DNA from: an uncultured cyanobacterium | Lineage (GTDB): Bacteria; Cyanobacteriota; Cyanobacteriia; Cyanobacteriales; CAWCAG01 | Reading direction: 5' to 3' | Assembly: GCA_963793425.1 (NCBI GenBank) | Contig: CAWCAG010000005.1 | Location: 544,001-608,000, forward strand | DNA: 64,000 nt | In this document: positions 49,505-59,335 of the stretch, piece by piece | Layout of the letters: the number at the start of each line of letters is the position of its first letter | Numbering within the stretch: position 1 is the stretch's first letter | Position numbers and translations under genes: made by a program | Notes under the pieces: generated by a model | What the model saw: only the letters and a program-made list of their open reading frames with translations | The model's database searches: none | Told to the model about the DNA's origin: nothing

Positions 49505-52500
49505 ATGAATTCAGCTATAGATTTTGAGAACAGACTTGTTGGCTATCGTCTAGCTGAGCAGTTATACAATAGCTCTATAACTATTGTTTATCGGGCAATT
49601 CGAGTAGAAGATGAGCATCCTGTCGTCGTCAAATTTTTGAAGCGAGATTATCCCAATTTTCAGGAACTGCTGCAATTCCGTAACCAGTATACTATTACTA
49701 AAAATCTTGATCTACCTGGGGTTATTAAAACCTATGCTTTGGAATATTGTGGCAATAGCTACGCTTTGATAGTAGAAGATTTTGGCGGTATTTCTCTCAA
49801 AGAGTATACCAAGACTCATTCCCTACAACTTGATGAGTTTTTAGCGATCGCTCTACAACTATCTGAAAGCCTTAATGGACTTTATCACAATTGCATTATT
49901 CACAAAGATATCAAACCAGCGAATATTCTTATTCACCCAGAAACGAAGCAAGTAAAATTAATTGACTTTAGTATTGCTTCTTTGCTGCCCAAAGAAAGCC
50001 AAGAAATCAGCAATCCCAACGTCCTGGAAGGAACATTAGCTTACATTTCCCCGGAACAAACCGGGCGAATGAACCGGGGAATTGATTACCGCACTGATTT
50101 CTACTCCTTGGGGGTAACATTCTATGAACTACTAACAGGAAAATTACCCTTCACTTCAAATGAGGTAATGGAATTGGTGCATTGTCATTTGGCTAAAACG
50201 GCAGAGCCGTTTGGGAGCAGGGAGTGGGCAGCAGGGAGTAGTGATATTCCTGAAGTGGTTGAGGATATTGTCATGAAGCTGATGGCAAAGAATGCAGAAG
50301 AGCGCTATCAGAGTGCTTTGGGGTTGAAGTATGACTTAGAACAATGCTTGTCTCAATGGCAGGAAACGGGAACAGTTGAGCCATTTGAGTTGGGACAGAG
50401 GGATATTGGCGATCGCTTCACCATCCCAGAAAAACTCTATGGACGGGAAGCCGAAGTACAAACCCTACTGGATGCCTTTGAGCGTGTGGCCCAAGGAGCC
50501 ACAGAAATGATGCTAGTTGCGGGCTTCTCTGGCATTGGCAAAACCGTAGTCGTCAATGAAGTTCACAAACCCATTGTTAAACAACGGGGCTACTTTATCA
50601 AAGGGAAATTCGACCAATTCAATCGCAACATTCCCTTCTCCGCCTTCGTCCAAGCCTTCCGAGACTTAATGGGGCAATTACTTGGAGAATCAGATACCGA
50701 ATTAGCCAACTGGAAAGCAAAAATCCTGGAAGCAGTGGGGGGAAACGGTCAATTATTCATCGAAGTAATTCCCGAACTAGAACAGATTATCGGCCACCAA
50801 CCCCCGGTAACTGAACTCTCTGGCAGTGCAGCACAAAATCGCTTCAACTTGCTCTTTCAAAAATTTATCACCGTCTTCACCACCCCAACTCATCCCCTCG
50901 TGATGTTTTTGGATGACTTGCAATGGGCAGATGCAGCCTCATTAGGAATTATCAAAATATTGATGGGTAGCAGAAAAACTGGTCATCTCCTTTTGGTAGG
51001 AGCCTATAGAGACAATGAAGTATCTCCTACCCATCCCTTAATCATAAGCTTAGCAGAATTAGAGAAAAATCAAGCTATCATCACCACAATTACCCTCAAA
51101 GCACTAACCCCCCATCAGCTTAATCAACTAGTAGCCGAAACCCTTAGTTGTAGCGAAGCCCTAGCCCAGCCCCTAAGCGAATTAGTCTCTCAAAAAACCC
51201 AAGGCAACCCCTTTTTCACCACTCAGTTTTTAACCAGATTGCATAAAGAGCAACTGCTCACCTTCAACCCAAACTTAGGCTCTTGGCAATGTGATCTCAT
51301 CCCCGTAGTTGATGCAGCCCTAACCGATAATGTAGTTGAATTTATGGCGGCGCGATTGCAGCAATTACCAGAAGCAACCCAGAAAGTCTTAAAATTAGCA
51401 GCCTGTATTGGTAATAAATTCGACCTAGAAACCTTAGCTGTAGTCTGTGAAGAAGCCCAAGAAGAAGTAGCAACCGCTCTGTGGGCTGCGCTGCAAGAAG
51501 GTTTGGTACTACCTGTCACTGAAAGTTATAAATTCTTCCAGGGGGAACGAGTAGACGATCAACCCAATAACAATAATAACAACAAAGTATCAGTTGGCTA
51601 TCGCTTCTTACATGACCGCATTCAACAAGCGGCTTACTCATTAATTCCCGACCAACAAAAAGAAACAACCCACTACCACATCGGACAACTATTACTGCAA
51701 AAGGTCGAACCCCACGCCTCAACTCCAGTAGGGTTATTTGTTTGGCATCGCAAAGCCCACCTCAAAGAAGTACTACCAATACTGCAAGAGGGTTATACAA
51801 ATGCTTTGGAGGTAGGGAACTTAGAGTTTGCTGGTTACAATGCCTATGGTTTTTGCCTTAATTCTTTCTTGTCTGGGCAGCCCTTAGCTAGTTTGGAGCC
51901 GAAGAATCGTAGCTACTGCAAGAGCTTAGTGCAGTTGAATCAATTAGCCTCAGCTAATTACTGTCGAATTTATTGGCAATCAATTTTGAATTTACTAGGT
52001 GCGACGGAGCAGCCGAGTACTTTATCTGGGGAAGCAATGCAAGAGACAGAATTGCTCCCCTTAATGACCTCCGCCCATGATTTGTTTGGAATCTCCTTAT
52101 TCTATTTATACAAACTAATGCTTTGCTACCTGTTTGAGGAGGTTGAATCAGCTCAAAACCAGGCAGTTGAGGTGAGGAGTTATTTAACAGGTCTTGTTGG
52201 CACTGTGGGGGAAGCTGTGTTTTATGTCTATGATTCTTTAACAGCTTTAAGTTTGCCAACAGAGGAAACCTCAGAATTATTGCAGCAGGTGGAACAAAAC
52301 CAAAGGCAACTGCAACAGCAATGGGTACAATATGCTCCCATGAATTACCAGCATAAATTTGATTTAGTAGAAGCGGAGAAGTGCCGAGTTTTAGGAGAGA
52401 AAGTAGAAGCAATTGAGCTATATGATAAAGCTATTGCTGGGGCGAAAAAACACGAATACATCCAAGAAGAAGCTCTAGCAAACGAACTTGCTGCTAAATT

Positions 52501-54127
52501 CTACCTTGATTGGGGTAAACAAAGAGTGGCCGCAGGATATATGCAAGAAGCTTATTATTGCTATGGGCGTTGGGGGGCAAAAGCCAAAACCGACCACCTC
52601 GAAAGCAATTATCCTCATTTGCTAACTCAAATTTTTAATCAAGAGCAATCTGTTTCTAGCTGGGAAGAAACCGTTGTTGAATCTCACAGCAGCAAGGAAA
52701 GCTCTTCTTCAACTATCTCCCTTGCCTTAGATTTCGCTGCTGTTCTCAAAGCTTCTCAGAGCCTCTCAAAAGAGATTGAGCTAAACAAGTTGCTGGCAAC
52801 ATTACTAAAGCTGGTAATTGAGAATGCGGGAGCTAATAAATGCGTCCTTATGCTTAATGAATCTGGGCAGTTGCAAGTAGAGGCGGTTATGGAATTAGGG
52901 AAACCCCCCAATATTCGAGAATCAGTTCCCATTGAAGCCAGTCAAAATGTTGCTTTGCATTTAGTAAACACTGTTAAGCGAACCTTGCAATCTGCTGTCA
53001 TCATGGATGCAACGGTGCATTCCCCCTTAAGCAACGACTCCTACATCCAACAACATCAACCCAAGAGTTTGTTGTGTACTCCCATTCTTTATCAAGGCAA
53101 GTTATTGGGGCTAGTTTACCTAGAAAATAACTTAGTAGCAGAAGCCTTTACTGCTGACAGAGTGGAAATTGTCAACCTCCTTTGTACCCAGGCTGCTATT
53201 TCTATAGAAAATGCTCAACTCTATCAGCAACTAGAAGCATATTCCCATACCCTAGAAGAAAAAGTAGAAGCGAGAACTAGCGAGTTAAGAGCGGCTCAAC
53301 AACAAATGATTTCTCAAGAAAAACTTGCTTCATTAGGAGCTTTGACAGCAGGTGTGGCCCACGAACTACGCAACCCCCTCAACTTCGTCAATAATTATGC
53401 TGAAGGCTCTACTGAGTTGAGTGTAGACCTATTAGAAGCCATTGAAGAACAAGCAGAGGTGATTAACTCAGAGGATTTAGAGTACCTTAAGGAAATTGTT
53501 GTTGACCTTAAAGATAACGCTGCGGCAATCAAACAACATGGTCAAAGGGCTGCAAGCATCATCTTCAATATGATGCAGCACGCCCGTAGCGATGATAGTG
53601 GTAGCCAAAAAGTTAACCTCAACAAACTTCTAGAAGAAGCTAGGCAGTTGGCTTATCATAGTAAAAGAAGTGTTGATAATAACTTTAATATTACTTTTTC
53701 TACTCAGTATGATGATTCCATTGGAGAAGTTGAAGTATTTTCTTCTTCTTTGAACCGTGCTTTTATTAACCTGATTGACAATGCTTGTTATGCAGCTTGG
53801 AGCAAGTATCAAGAGCAAGGGAAACTTTTTGTTCCCACCTTATCCATAACAACCAAAAAGTTAACTGAACAAATAGAAATTCGCATCCGCGACAACGGTG
53901 CAGGAATTCCGGCTCAAGTGGCAGAGAAAATATTTGAGCCGTTTTTTACGACTAAACCCACCGGAGAGGGAACAGGATTAGGATTATCCCTAACCCACGA
54001 AATAATCGTCGGGCAACACCTAGGAACTTTACAACTAGAAACTGAACCAGATGCTTTTAGTGAATTTATTATCACCCTGCCCGATAGGGAGCTGGGGAGC
54101 TTGGGGGCTAGAAAGCTAGGGAGCTAG
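49505..54127 (+). CDS. Ser/Thr kinase-AAA(STAND)-GAF-histidine kinase
   Basis: HKDIKPAN, GFSGIGKT, FLDDLQWAD, YLENN, AHELRNPL, DNGAG, FFTTKPTGEGTGLGL. Confidence 0.93.
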   Translation: MNSAIDFENRLVGYRLAEQLYNSSITIVYRAIRVEDEHPVVVKFLKRDYPNFQELLQFRNQYTITKNLDLPGVIKTYALEYCGNSYALIVEDFGGISLKEYTKTHSLQLDEFLAIALQLSESLNGLYHNCIIHKDIKPANILIHPETKQVKLIDFSIASLLPKESQEISNPNVLEGTLAYISPEQTGRMNRGIDYRTDFYSLGVTFYELLTGKLPFTSNEVMELVHCHLAKTAEPFGSREWAAGSSDIPEVVEDIVMKLMAKNAEERYQSALGLKYDLEQCLSQWQETGTVEPFELGQRDIGDRFTIPEKLYGREAEVQTLLDAFERVAQGATEMMLVAGFSGIGKTVVVNEVHKPIVKQRGYFIKGKFDQFNRNIPFSAFVQAFRDLMGQLLGESDTELANWKAKILEAVGGNGQLFIEVIPELEQIIGHQPPVTELSGSAAQNRFNLLFQKFITVFTTPTHPLVMFLDDLQWADAASLGIIKILMGSRKTGHLLLVGAYRDNEVSPTHPLIISLAELEKNQAIITTITLKALTPHQLNQLVAETLSCSEALAQPLSELVSQKTQGNPFFTTQFLTRLHKEQLLTFNPNLGSWQCDLIPVVDAALTDNVVEFMAARLQQLPEATQKVLKLAACIGNKFDLETLAVVCEEAQEEVATALWAALQEGLVLPVTESYKFFQGERVDDQPNNNNNNKVSVGYRFLHDRIQQAAYSLIPDQQKETTHYHIGQLLLQKVEPHASTPVGLFVWHRKAHLKEVLPILQEGYTNALEVGNLEFAGYNAYGFCLNSFLSGQPLASLEPKNRSYCKSLVQLNQLASANYCRIYWQSILNLLGATEQPSTLSGEAMQETELLPLMTSAHDLFGISLFYLYKLMLCYLFEEVESAQNQAVEVRSYLTGLVGTVGEAVFYVYDSLTALSLPTEETSELLQQVEQNQRQLQQQWVQYAPMNYQHKFDLVEAEKCRVLGEKVEAIELYDKAIAGAKKHEYIQEEALANELAAKFYLDWGKQRVAAGYMQEAYYCYGRWGAKAKTDHLESNYPHLLTQIFNQEQSVSSWEETVVESHSSKESSSSTISLALDFAAVLKASQSLSKEIELNKLLATLLKLVIENAGANKCVLMLNESGQLQVEAVMELGKPPNIRESVPIEASQNVALHLVNTVKRTLQSAVIMDATVHSPLSNDSYIQQHQPKSLLCTPILYQGKLLGLVYLENNLVAEAFTADRVEIVNLLCTQAAISIENAQLYQQLEAYSHTLEEKVEARTSELRAAQQQMISQEKLASLGALTAGVAHELRNPLNFVNNYAEGSTELSVDLLEAIEEQAEVINSEDLEYLKEIVVDLKDNAAAIKQHGQRAASIIFNMMQHARSDDSGSQKVNLNKLLEEARQLAYHSKRSVDNNFNITFSTQYDDSIGEVEVFSSSLNRAFINLIDNACYAAWSKYQEQGKLFVPTLSITTKKLTEQIEIRIRDNGAGIPAQVAEKIFEPFFTTKPTGEGTGLGLSLTHEIIVGQHLGTLQLETEPDAFSEFIITLPDRELGSLGARKLGS

Positions 54128-54185
54128 GGAACTGGGGAAATTCCCAAAAACCAATGATCAATGTTTAATGATCAATGCTCAATGA
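54087..54185. repeat. STRR (GGGAGCT(A/G) and CAATGAT units), partly inside the kinase 3' end
   Basis: Directly visible. Confidence 0.8.
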
Positions 54186-54779
54186 TCAAGAGCTATAGCG
54201 CTCTTCTGCCCAGGGTTCTCCCCTAGTGTGATAACCGTTGCGCTCCCAGAAACCTAGTTCTTCATCTTTAAGAAATTCTAGACCACTAATCCATTTAGCA
54301 CTCTTCCATGCGTAAATATGGGGAATTACAGTCCGCATGGGGCCACCATGTTCTGGGGGTAAAGGTTCACCAAATAGTGTATGGGCGAAGAAATTATCTT
54401 CCCGAAGAAAATCATCAATGGCAACATTAGTGGTATAGCCACCATAACAATGTTCCATAACATGGTTAACTTGAGGGTCAAGCTCCAATAATTCCATGAA
54501 GTCGGTAATCTTAATTCCAGTCCACTGCACATCTAACTTTGACCAGCGAGTAACGCAATGGAAGTCTTTGGTAAAATCATGTTGAGGCAAACTCATCATA
54601 TCCGACCAACTAAAGGTTTTTGGTTCTACTAAACCCCAAACTTTTAGTTCCCACTCAGAAGTTTTAACTTTAGGGGCTGCACCGTAGGTAAGAACAGGAA
54701 AGCCATTGGTAAGATATTGTCCAGGAGGAGTGCGATCGCTGTTTTCTGGATCAGGTTTATTAAAAAATTTCCCTAGCAT
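54186..54779 (-). CDS. Sulfite oxidase-like molybdopterin oxidoreductase
   Basis: PPGQ, DFHCVTRWS, EHGGP, YAWKSAKW, GFWERNGYH. Confidence 0.92.
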   Translation of the reverse strand: MLGKFFNKPDPENSDRTPPGQYLTNGFPVLTYGAAPKVKTSEWELKVWGLVEPKTFSWSDMMSLPQHDFTKDFHCVTRWSKLDVQWTGIKITDFMELLELDPQVNHVMEHCYGGYTTNVAIDDFLREDNFFAHTLFGEPLPPEHGGPMRTVIPHIYAWKSAKWISGLEFLKDEELGFWERNGYHTRGEPWAEERYSS

Positions 54780-54885
54780 AATTGTGTAAAGGCTAATGGC
54801 TAATTGCTGAAGTTTGAGATACCGGGTTTGGGGGGAAATATTTAAGCTGCAACCCGGTTAAGCAGGAAATTTATCTAGTTTGAGT

Positions 54886-55062
54886 TTACTCTTCGTCGTC
54901 TTCTTCCTCGTCTTCAGGATAAACAAAGCTATTAGAGCGCCCTGTAAGTATAGATTTTCCTAAAGAAAGGGCTTTTTTCGCTTCAAATTCAGCTTTGCGT
55001 TTCCAGTGGCTTCTACGCTGGTTACGTTTAGATTTGGATGTTTTCTTCTTGGGGACAGCCAT
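54886..55062 (-). CDS. rpmF: 50S ribosomal protein L32 (missed by the ORF track, 58 aa)
   Basis: Manual translation [58 protein letters not shown]. Confidence 0.97.
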   Translation of the reverse strand: MAVPKKKTSKSKRNQRRSHWKRKAEFEAKKALSLGKSILTGRSNSFVYPEDEEEDDEE

Positions 55063-55132
55063 GGTTATTTGTAACTTATTTCAAGACAACCTTTATATTT
55101 TAGAAGATCGACAGGCAATTATTTTATCTTTA

Positions 55133-55924
55133 TTATGGGTTGGTAGTTTCTGGTTGCTCATCCCTTTCCTGTTCATTGAGTTCTATACCAGAATTAGTGC
55201 CATCATTTCTTGAACCATTATTAGCAGGAGAACGATCTTCATTTTCCACATCACTTTCTGAAGTTCTTGTCGGGGTAGAAACAGGTTCAGAAGCTCCTGT
55301 ATTGCTACCTGGTGTTGGTACAGGTGGCTCTCCTGGTCGCCTAGGAATCCTGGTAGGAGGAGAATTCAAGGTTTCTCCGGTTTGGGGTACGCCTTCTGTT
55401 GGGGGGGCACCTTGGGGTATTGGTAAATTACCGTTACGAGGGGTTGGGGTTGGGGCAGATCCTCCTGGGTTATCTTCTGTATCTATAGCGGTTTCAAAGT
55501 TAAGTAATGCCTCGGCATTGGGCATATAACTAACCCAGAATCGTGCATCTGGTTGTCTGTTCCATTCTTGGCGACTAACTTCCACCATCATAATCGGTGC
55601 GATCGCCCCTTTGTTTTCCCCAGAAATAGTGACTTTAACTTCTGTGATTAAGATATCTCTATCAAAACTACGTTGAACTGCTGCCCTGGCTACAGCTAAC
55701 CCTCTTGCTAACATAGTTTGATAAGCTTCCCCAGGCTGACGGTTAAGATTAACATCTACACGGGCAACATAAGCTTGGGCAACTTGCGGGGCAATTATTT
55801 CTAAACCTAACCAACTTAGACCCGTTAAACTCAGGATAGTGGCTGCTCCTAGGGCCGGTAAATTTCTTCGTTTTGAGGTAAATTGACTAAAAATTTTTGG
55901 GTTATTTCTTTTTACTTTTGACAT
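55133..55924 (-). CDS. Conserved-looking cyanobacterial exported hypothetical protein with Pro-rich tail
   Basis: Signal peptide ending AQA; AVQRSFDRDILIT...VSRQEW. Confidence 0.7.
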   Translation of the reverse strand: MSKVKRNNPKIFSQFTSKRRNLPALGAATILSLTGLSWLGLEIIAPQVAQAYVARVDVNLNRQPGEAYQTMLARGLAVARAAVQRSFDRDILITEVKVTISGENKGAIAPIMMVEVSRQEWNRQPDARFWVSYMPNAEALLNFETAIDTEDNPGGSAPTPTPRNGNLPIPQGAPPTEGVPQTGETLNSPPTRIPRRPGEPPVPTPGSNTGASEPVSTPTRTSESDVENEDRSPANNGSRNDGTNSGIELNEQERDEQPETTNP

Positions 55925-56156
55925 AAGATTAACTCCTGATTGTTCTTAGGGGGCTTACAATAGTTAGTAAATTAAGTTTTTATGGAACTAGATTACAGTT
56001 CCCAAGCAGCAGCACCAATAACTATTATTTTTCTTTTTAAGTTAATTTTTCTACTACTTAAGGGCTGATAATCGTCTTAAACTAGAAACTAAATTTCGTT
56101 TCTGGCTCCAATTTCTGAAGCATTAGCTGCTTATAAATTATTGAGGCAGACAGTAG

Positions 56157-58043
56157 ATGGCAAAATACTCTTGTATAGCGGTTGGTATTAATCAGTATCA
56201 GTTCCTGCAACCTTTAAGTTACGCTCAAGCAGATGCTTTTGGCTTACGGCAATTTTTCGTTAAAGAAACAAATCTGTCTCCTCAACAATGTTTGCTGCTC
56301 ACAGAAGCTTCTCCTTGGGTAGAAAGGCAATCTACCTACCCCACTAAGGAAAATATTTTAAGCTGGCTAGAAAAAAGCAGTACAGAAACCGGGAAGCCCA
56401 ATATTCTCTGGTTTTTGTTTAGTGGCTATGGTATTAACTGGCAAGGGGAAGATTATTTAATACCCATAGATGGCAACCCTAAAGATATTCCCAATACAGC
56501 AATACCTTTGGAATCACTATTAACTACTTTGCAGAAGCAAGCAGGGGATAATGTCTTAGTATTGCTGGATATTAACCGTTCCCCAGGCATCTTTGCAGGG
56601 GCATCCGTCGGGGCGCAAACCGCAGCTTTGGCTAGGGAAATGGGTATTGCTTTGATTCTCTCTACCCAGGTTAATGAATATTCCCATGAATCAGCTAGCC
56701 TTGGTCGCGGATTTTTTACAGAAGCGCTTTTAGAAGCCCTTGACTACTATCACGAAGATTTAACCTTAGAAGTCTTAGAAAACTACCTTCGTTACCGCCT
56801 ACCGGAAATTGGCGAACATCATTGGCGACCGGCCCAAACCCCGATTATAATTACCCCATCTCCTCAAGCTGGTAAAGGGAAAATTCTTCCTGGCAGCAAT
56901 GAAGTGATTAGTTGGAATTATAATTCAGATTGTGGCAAAAATACCTCAAATTCTGCCTCAACTGATGTAGGAGAAAAGGTAGTTAATCACCACAATAATG
57001 GTGCAGGAAAAGTTCATCAAACCGGGGTTTTAGATGTAGAAGAAATATCTCCTCATAGTTCTTTGCCCTCCCAGAACAATAATAATGGTAATGGTAATGG
57101 TAATGGTAGTTCAGCCATTGTTTTCAAACCTAAGCCACCTCAAAAAAAGAACCAAAATTGGTCAGACTTGATACTTTGGGGAGGAGGAACAGCTTTAGCT
57201 ACGGCTTTAATTATCGCTGCTGTAGCCATTACTAAGCAAGATAATACTAGACAAGAAAGTTTTGCCCAAACCCAAGGACAAGTAGAAGCAGTAACCCCCA
57301 GTAGTTCCCCAGCCACTGATGACAATACTCCGGTTATACCTCCCAACCCCCAAGTAACTATCTCTGCGGCACAGGCTCCTACTCCCCCTCAACCAACAGC
57401 TTTTTCTAGCTCGGAAATTCCCCCAGAATCTCCCCCTTTACAGGCTACCAATCAAGGGATCTTAAACCAAGCCAGAACCTACATCCAAGCTAATCAAGCT
57501 TCTGGTTTTAATCAAGCTATCAACGAAGTCCGCAAAATTCAACCAGGGCAACCGTTTTATGAACAAGCCCAAGCTGATATAACTCGCTGGAGCCAAGTTA
57601 TTTTAGATATTGCCCAAGGTAGGGCGAATCAAGGTAACTTTGATGGGGCGATCGCCGCAGCAAAATTAGTCCCCCGCGATCGTCAAAGGATTCATAACGA
57701 TGCCCAAACTTCTATCCCCAAATGGGCTGCCCAAGGGGAACAACAAAAGAATAATCAACTGATTCTCCAAGGAGCAAAAGAACAAATTCGCCCCAATCAA
57801 GCTTCTTCCTACAACCAAGGAATTAATACCCTGAAACGCATTCCTCAAGGGCAATCAGGCTATCAACAAGCCCAAGAGTTAACCGGGCAATGGAGCCGTC
57901 AGATTTATTTAATTGCCAATTCCCGTGCCGCTAGGGGGGATTTTTCCCAAGCAGTTAATACAGCCGTGTTAGTTCCCAAAGATACCCCTTCTTATACCCA
58001 AGCTCAACAGGCGGTCGCCCGTTGGCAGAAAGGAGAAAGGTGA
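56157..58043 (+). CDS. Caspase-like (C14) pseudo-protease with TM helix and C-terminal helical repeats
   Basis: AVGINQY, LSYAQADA, FSGYG (H>Y), LDINR (C>N); TM segment; repeated P-G-x-x-Y...W motifs. Confidence 0.85.
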   Translation: MAKYSCIAVGINQYQFLQPLSYAQADAFGLRQFFVKETNLSPQQCLLLTEASPWVERQSTYPTKENILSWLEKSSTETGKPNILWFLFSGYGINWQGEDYLIPIDGNPKDIPNTAIPLESLLTTLQKQAGDNVLVLLDINRSPGIFAGASVGAQTAALAREMGIALILSTQVNEYSHESASLGRGFFTEALLEALDYYHEDLTLEVLENYLRYRLPEIGEHHWRPAQTPIIITPSPQAGKGKILPGSNEVISWNYNSDCGKNTSNSASTDVGEKVVNHHNNGAGKVHQTGVLDVEEISPHSSLPSQNNNNGNGNGNGSSAIVFKPKPPQKKNQNWSDLILWGGGTALATALIIAAVAITKQDNTRQESFAQTQGQVEAVTPSSSPATDDNTPVIPPNPQVTISAAQAPTPPQPTAFSSSEIPPESPPLQATNQGILNQARTYIQANQASGFNQAINEVRKIQPGQPFYEQAQADITRWSQVILDIAQGRANQGNFDGAIAAAKLVPRDRQRIHNDAQTSIPKWAAQGEQQKNNQLILQGAKEQIRPNQASSYNQGINTLKRIPQGQSGYQQAQELTGQWSRQIYLIANSRAARGDFSQAVNTAVLVPKDTPSYTQAQQAVARWQKGER

Positions 58044-58074
58044 TGGGCTGGGGAACTGGGGAGATAGAATATTT

Positions 58075-58120
58075 AGCAATTAGCAACTAGCCATTAGCCA
58101 TTAGCCATTAGCCATTAGCC
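58075..58120. repeat. STRR (TTAGCCA)n
   Basis: Directly visible. Confidence 0.85.
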
Positions 58121-58130
58121 GTTATTAATT

Positions 58131-58625
58131 ATGAATCAAGATGCTTCTACTCTCCGTTTAGCCACAAAAATTGAAGCTATTTTATATCTTAAAGCTCAGC
58201 CTCTCTCTTTAACAGCAATTTCTGAATTTGCAGGGTGCGATCGCGACCGAGTTGAAGATGCTTTAATAGAATTAATGTCTGACTATTCCCGTCGTGACAG
58301 TGCTTTAGAAGTAGTTGAAGCTCCTACGGGTTATAGCTTACAACTGCGTTCCTCTTGTCAAAGTTTATTGACTAACTTGGTTCCTGCTGAACTCGGAACA
58401 GGGGCATTACGTACCTTAGCTGCGATCGCTCTTAAGGGTAAAATCTTACAGACGGATCTTATTGAGCTACGGGGTAGTAGTGCTTACCAACAAGTTCAAG
58501 AACTAGTAGAATTAGGCTTAATTCGTAAGCGTCGCCAAGTTGACGGGCGCTCCTATTGGTTAGAAGTGACAGAGCAATTTCATCAGTATTTTGAAGTAGA
58601 CGAACTCTCTCAAGTGGTAGGTTGA
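58131..58625 (+). CDS. scpB: SMC-Scp complex subunit ScpB
   Basis: IEAILY, ALRTLAAIA, ELRGSSAY, VTEQFHQYF. Confidence 0.92.
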   Translation: MNQDASTLRLATKIEAILYLKAQPLSLTAISEFAGCDRDRVEDALIELMSDYSRRDSALEVVEAPTGYSLQLRSSCQSLLTNLVPAELGTGALRTLAAIALKGKILQTDLIELRGSSAYQQVQELVELGLIRKRRQVDGRSYWLEVTEQFHQYFEVDELSQVVG

Positions 58626-58753
58626 ACTTGAAGATATACAAAATCGATCTAAGATAGAAACAGTTTTCCTAACCAATTTTCACCGAAATCAATCTCAAAC
58701 CATAGTTTTAGCTTGAAATTAAAACAAGCAAATTTAACTTTAAACATTTAGTA

Positions 58754-59083
58754 ATGGTAATTAACCCAGACTTTCTCAATTTCGATTCAGAAGACAAACA
58801 AGTTAACGCTCTATTGGAATATCTCCAACAACAAAATCCCGATATCTTAGAAAAAGTCGCTCGTTCTGCTAGTGCTGACATTAAACAAATTATTTCTCAA
58901 AATGTCCAAGGTTTAGTAGGGATGTTACCTTCAGAGCATTTTCAGGTTCAAGTTACCACAGACAAAGAAAACTTAGCAAGCTTGTTGGCTTCTGCAATGA
59001 TGACGGGTTACTTTTTGCGACAAATGGAACAGCGTATGGAATTAGAAGAGACTTTGACAGATTCTGGTTCTATTAGCTCATGA
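58754..59083 (+). CDS. DUF760 family protein
   Basis: NALLEYLQ, NVQGLVGMLP, ASAMMTGYFLR..E.R..LE. Confidence 0.9.
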   Translation: MVINPDFLNFDSEDKQVNALLEYLQQQNPDILEKVARSASADIKQIISQNVQGLVGMLPSEHFQVQVTTDKENLASLLASAMMTGYFLRQMEQRMELEETLTDSGSISS

Positions 59084-59124
59084 AAGAATCATAAATCGAC
59101 TTGAGTAAGCAACTATCTAACTCT

Positions 59125-59259
59125 ATACCAAATCCGGTTATTAAACTCCCGTTGTAGAATTCAATCAACAAAGTTTCACTCCCCTTGTTCCCTACTCCCT
59201 ACTCCCTACTCCCTACTCCCTAACCTCACAAATAATCTGTGCAAACACCGATTTAGTAT
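59125..59259. mobile_element. MITE-like element ATACCAAATCCGGT...ACCGATTTAGTAT with internal (TCCCTAC)n STRR
   Basis: Imperfect terminal inverted repeats; a lone related end at 40256-40271. Confidence 0.65.
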
Positions 59260-59335
59260 TAGTACTTGCTGTATGGCGAAGCGATATGTATATACTTAAC
59301 TTGAGGAAAGTTAGAGGAAAAAGCACCCGTAAACC

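Noticed and set aside
49505..54127. Kinase paralogues as targets of a diversity-generating retroelement
   Set aside because: No reverse transcriptase and no template/variable repeat pair differing at adenines was seen.
54995..55213. 72-aa plus-strand ORF
   Set aside because: Overlaps the real rpmF on the opposite strand.
36589..58625. smc plus scpB as a Wadjet/MksBEF-type defence system
   Set aside because: Canonical housekeeping SMC and ScpB, 18 kb apart, with no JetA or JetD gene.
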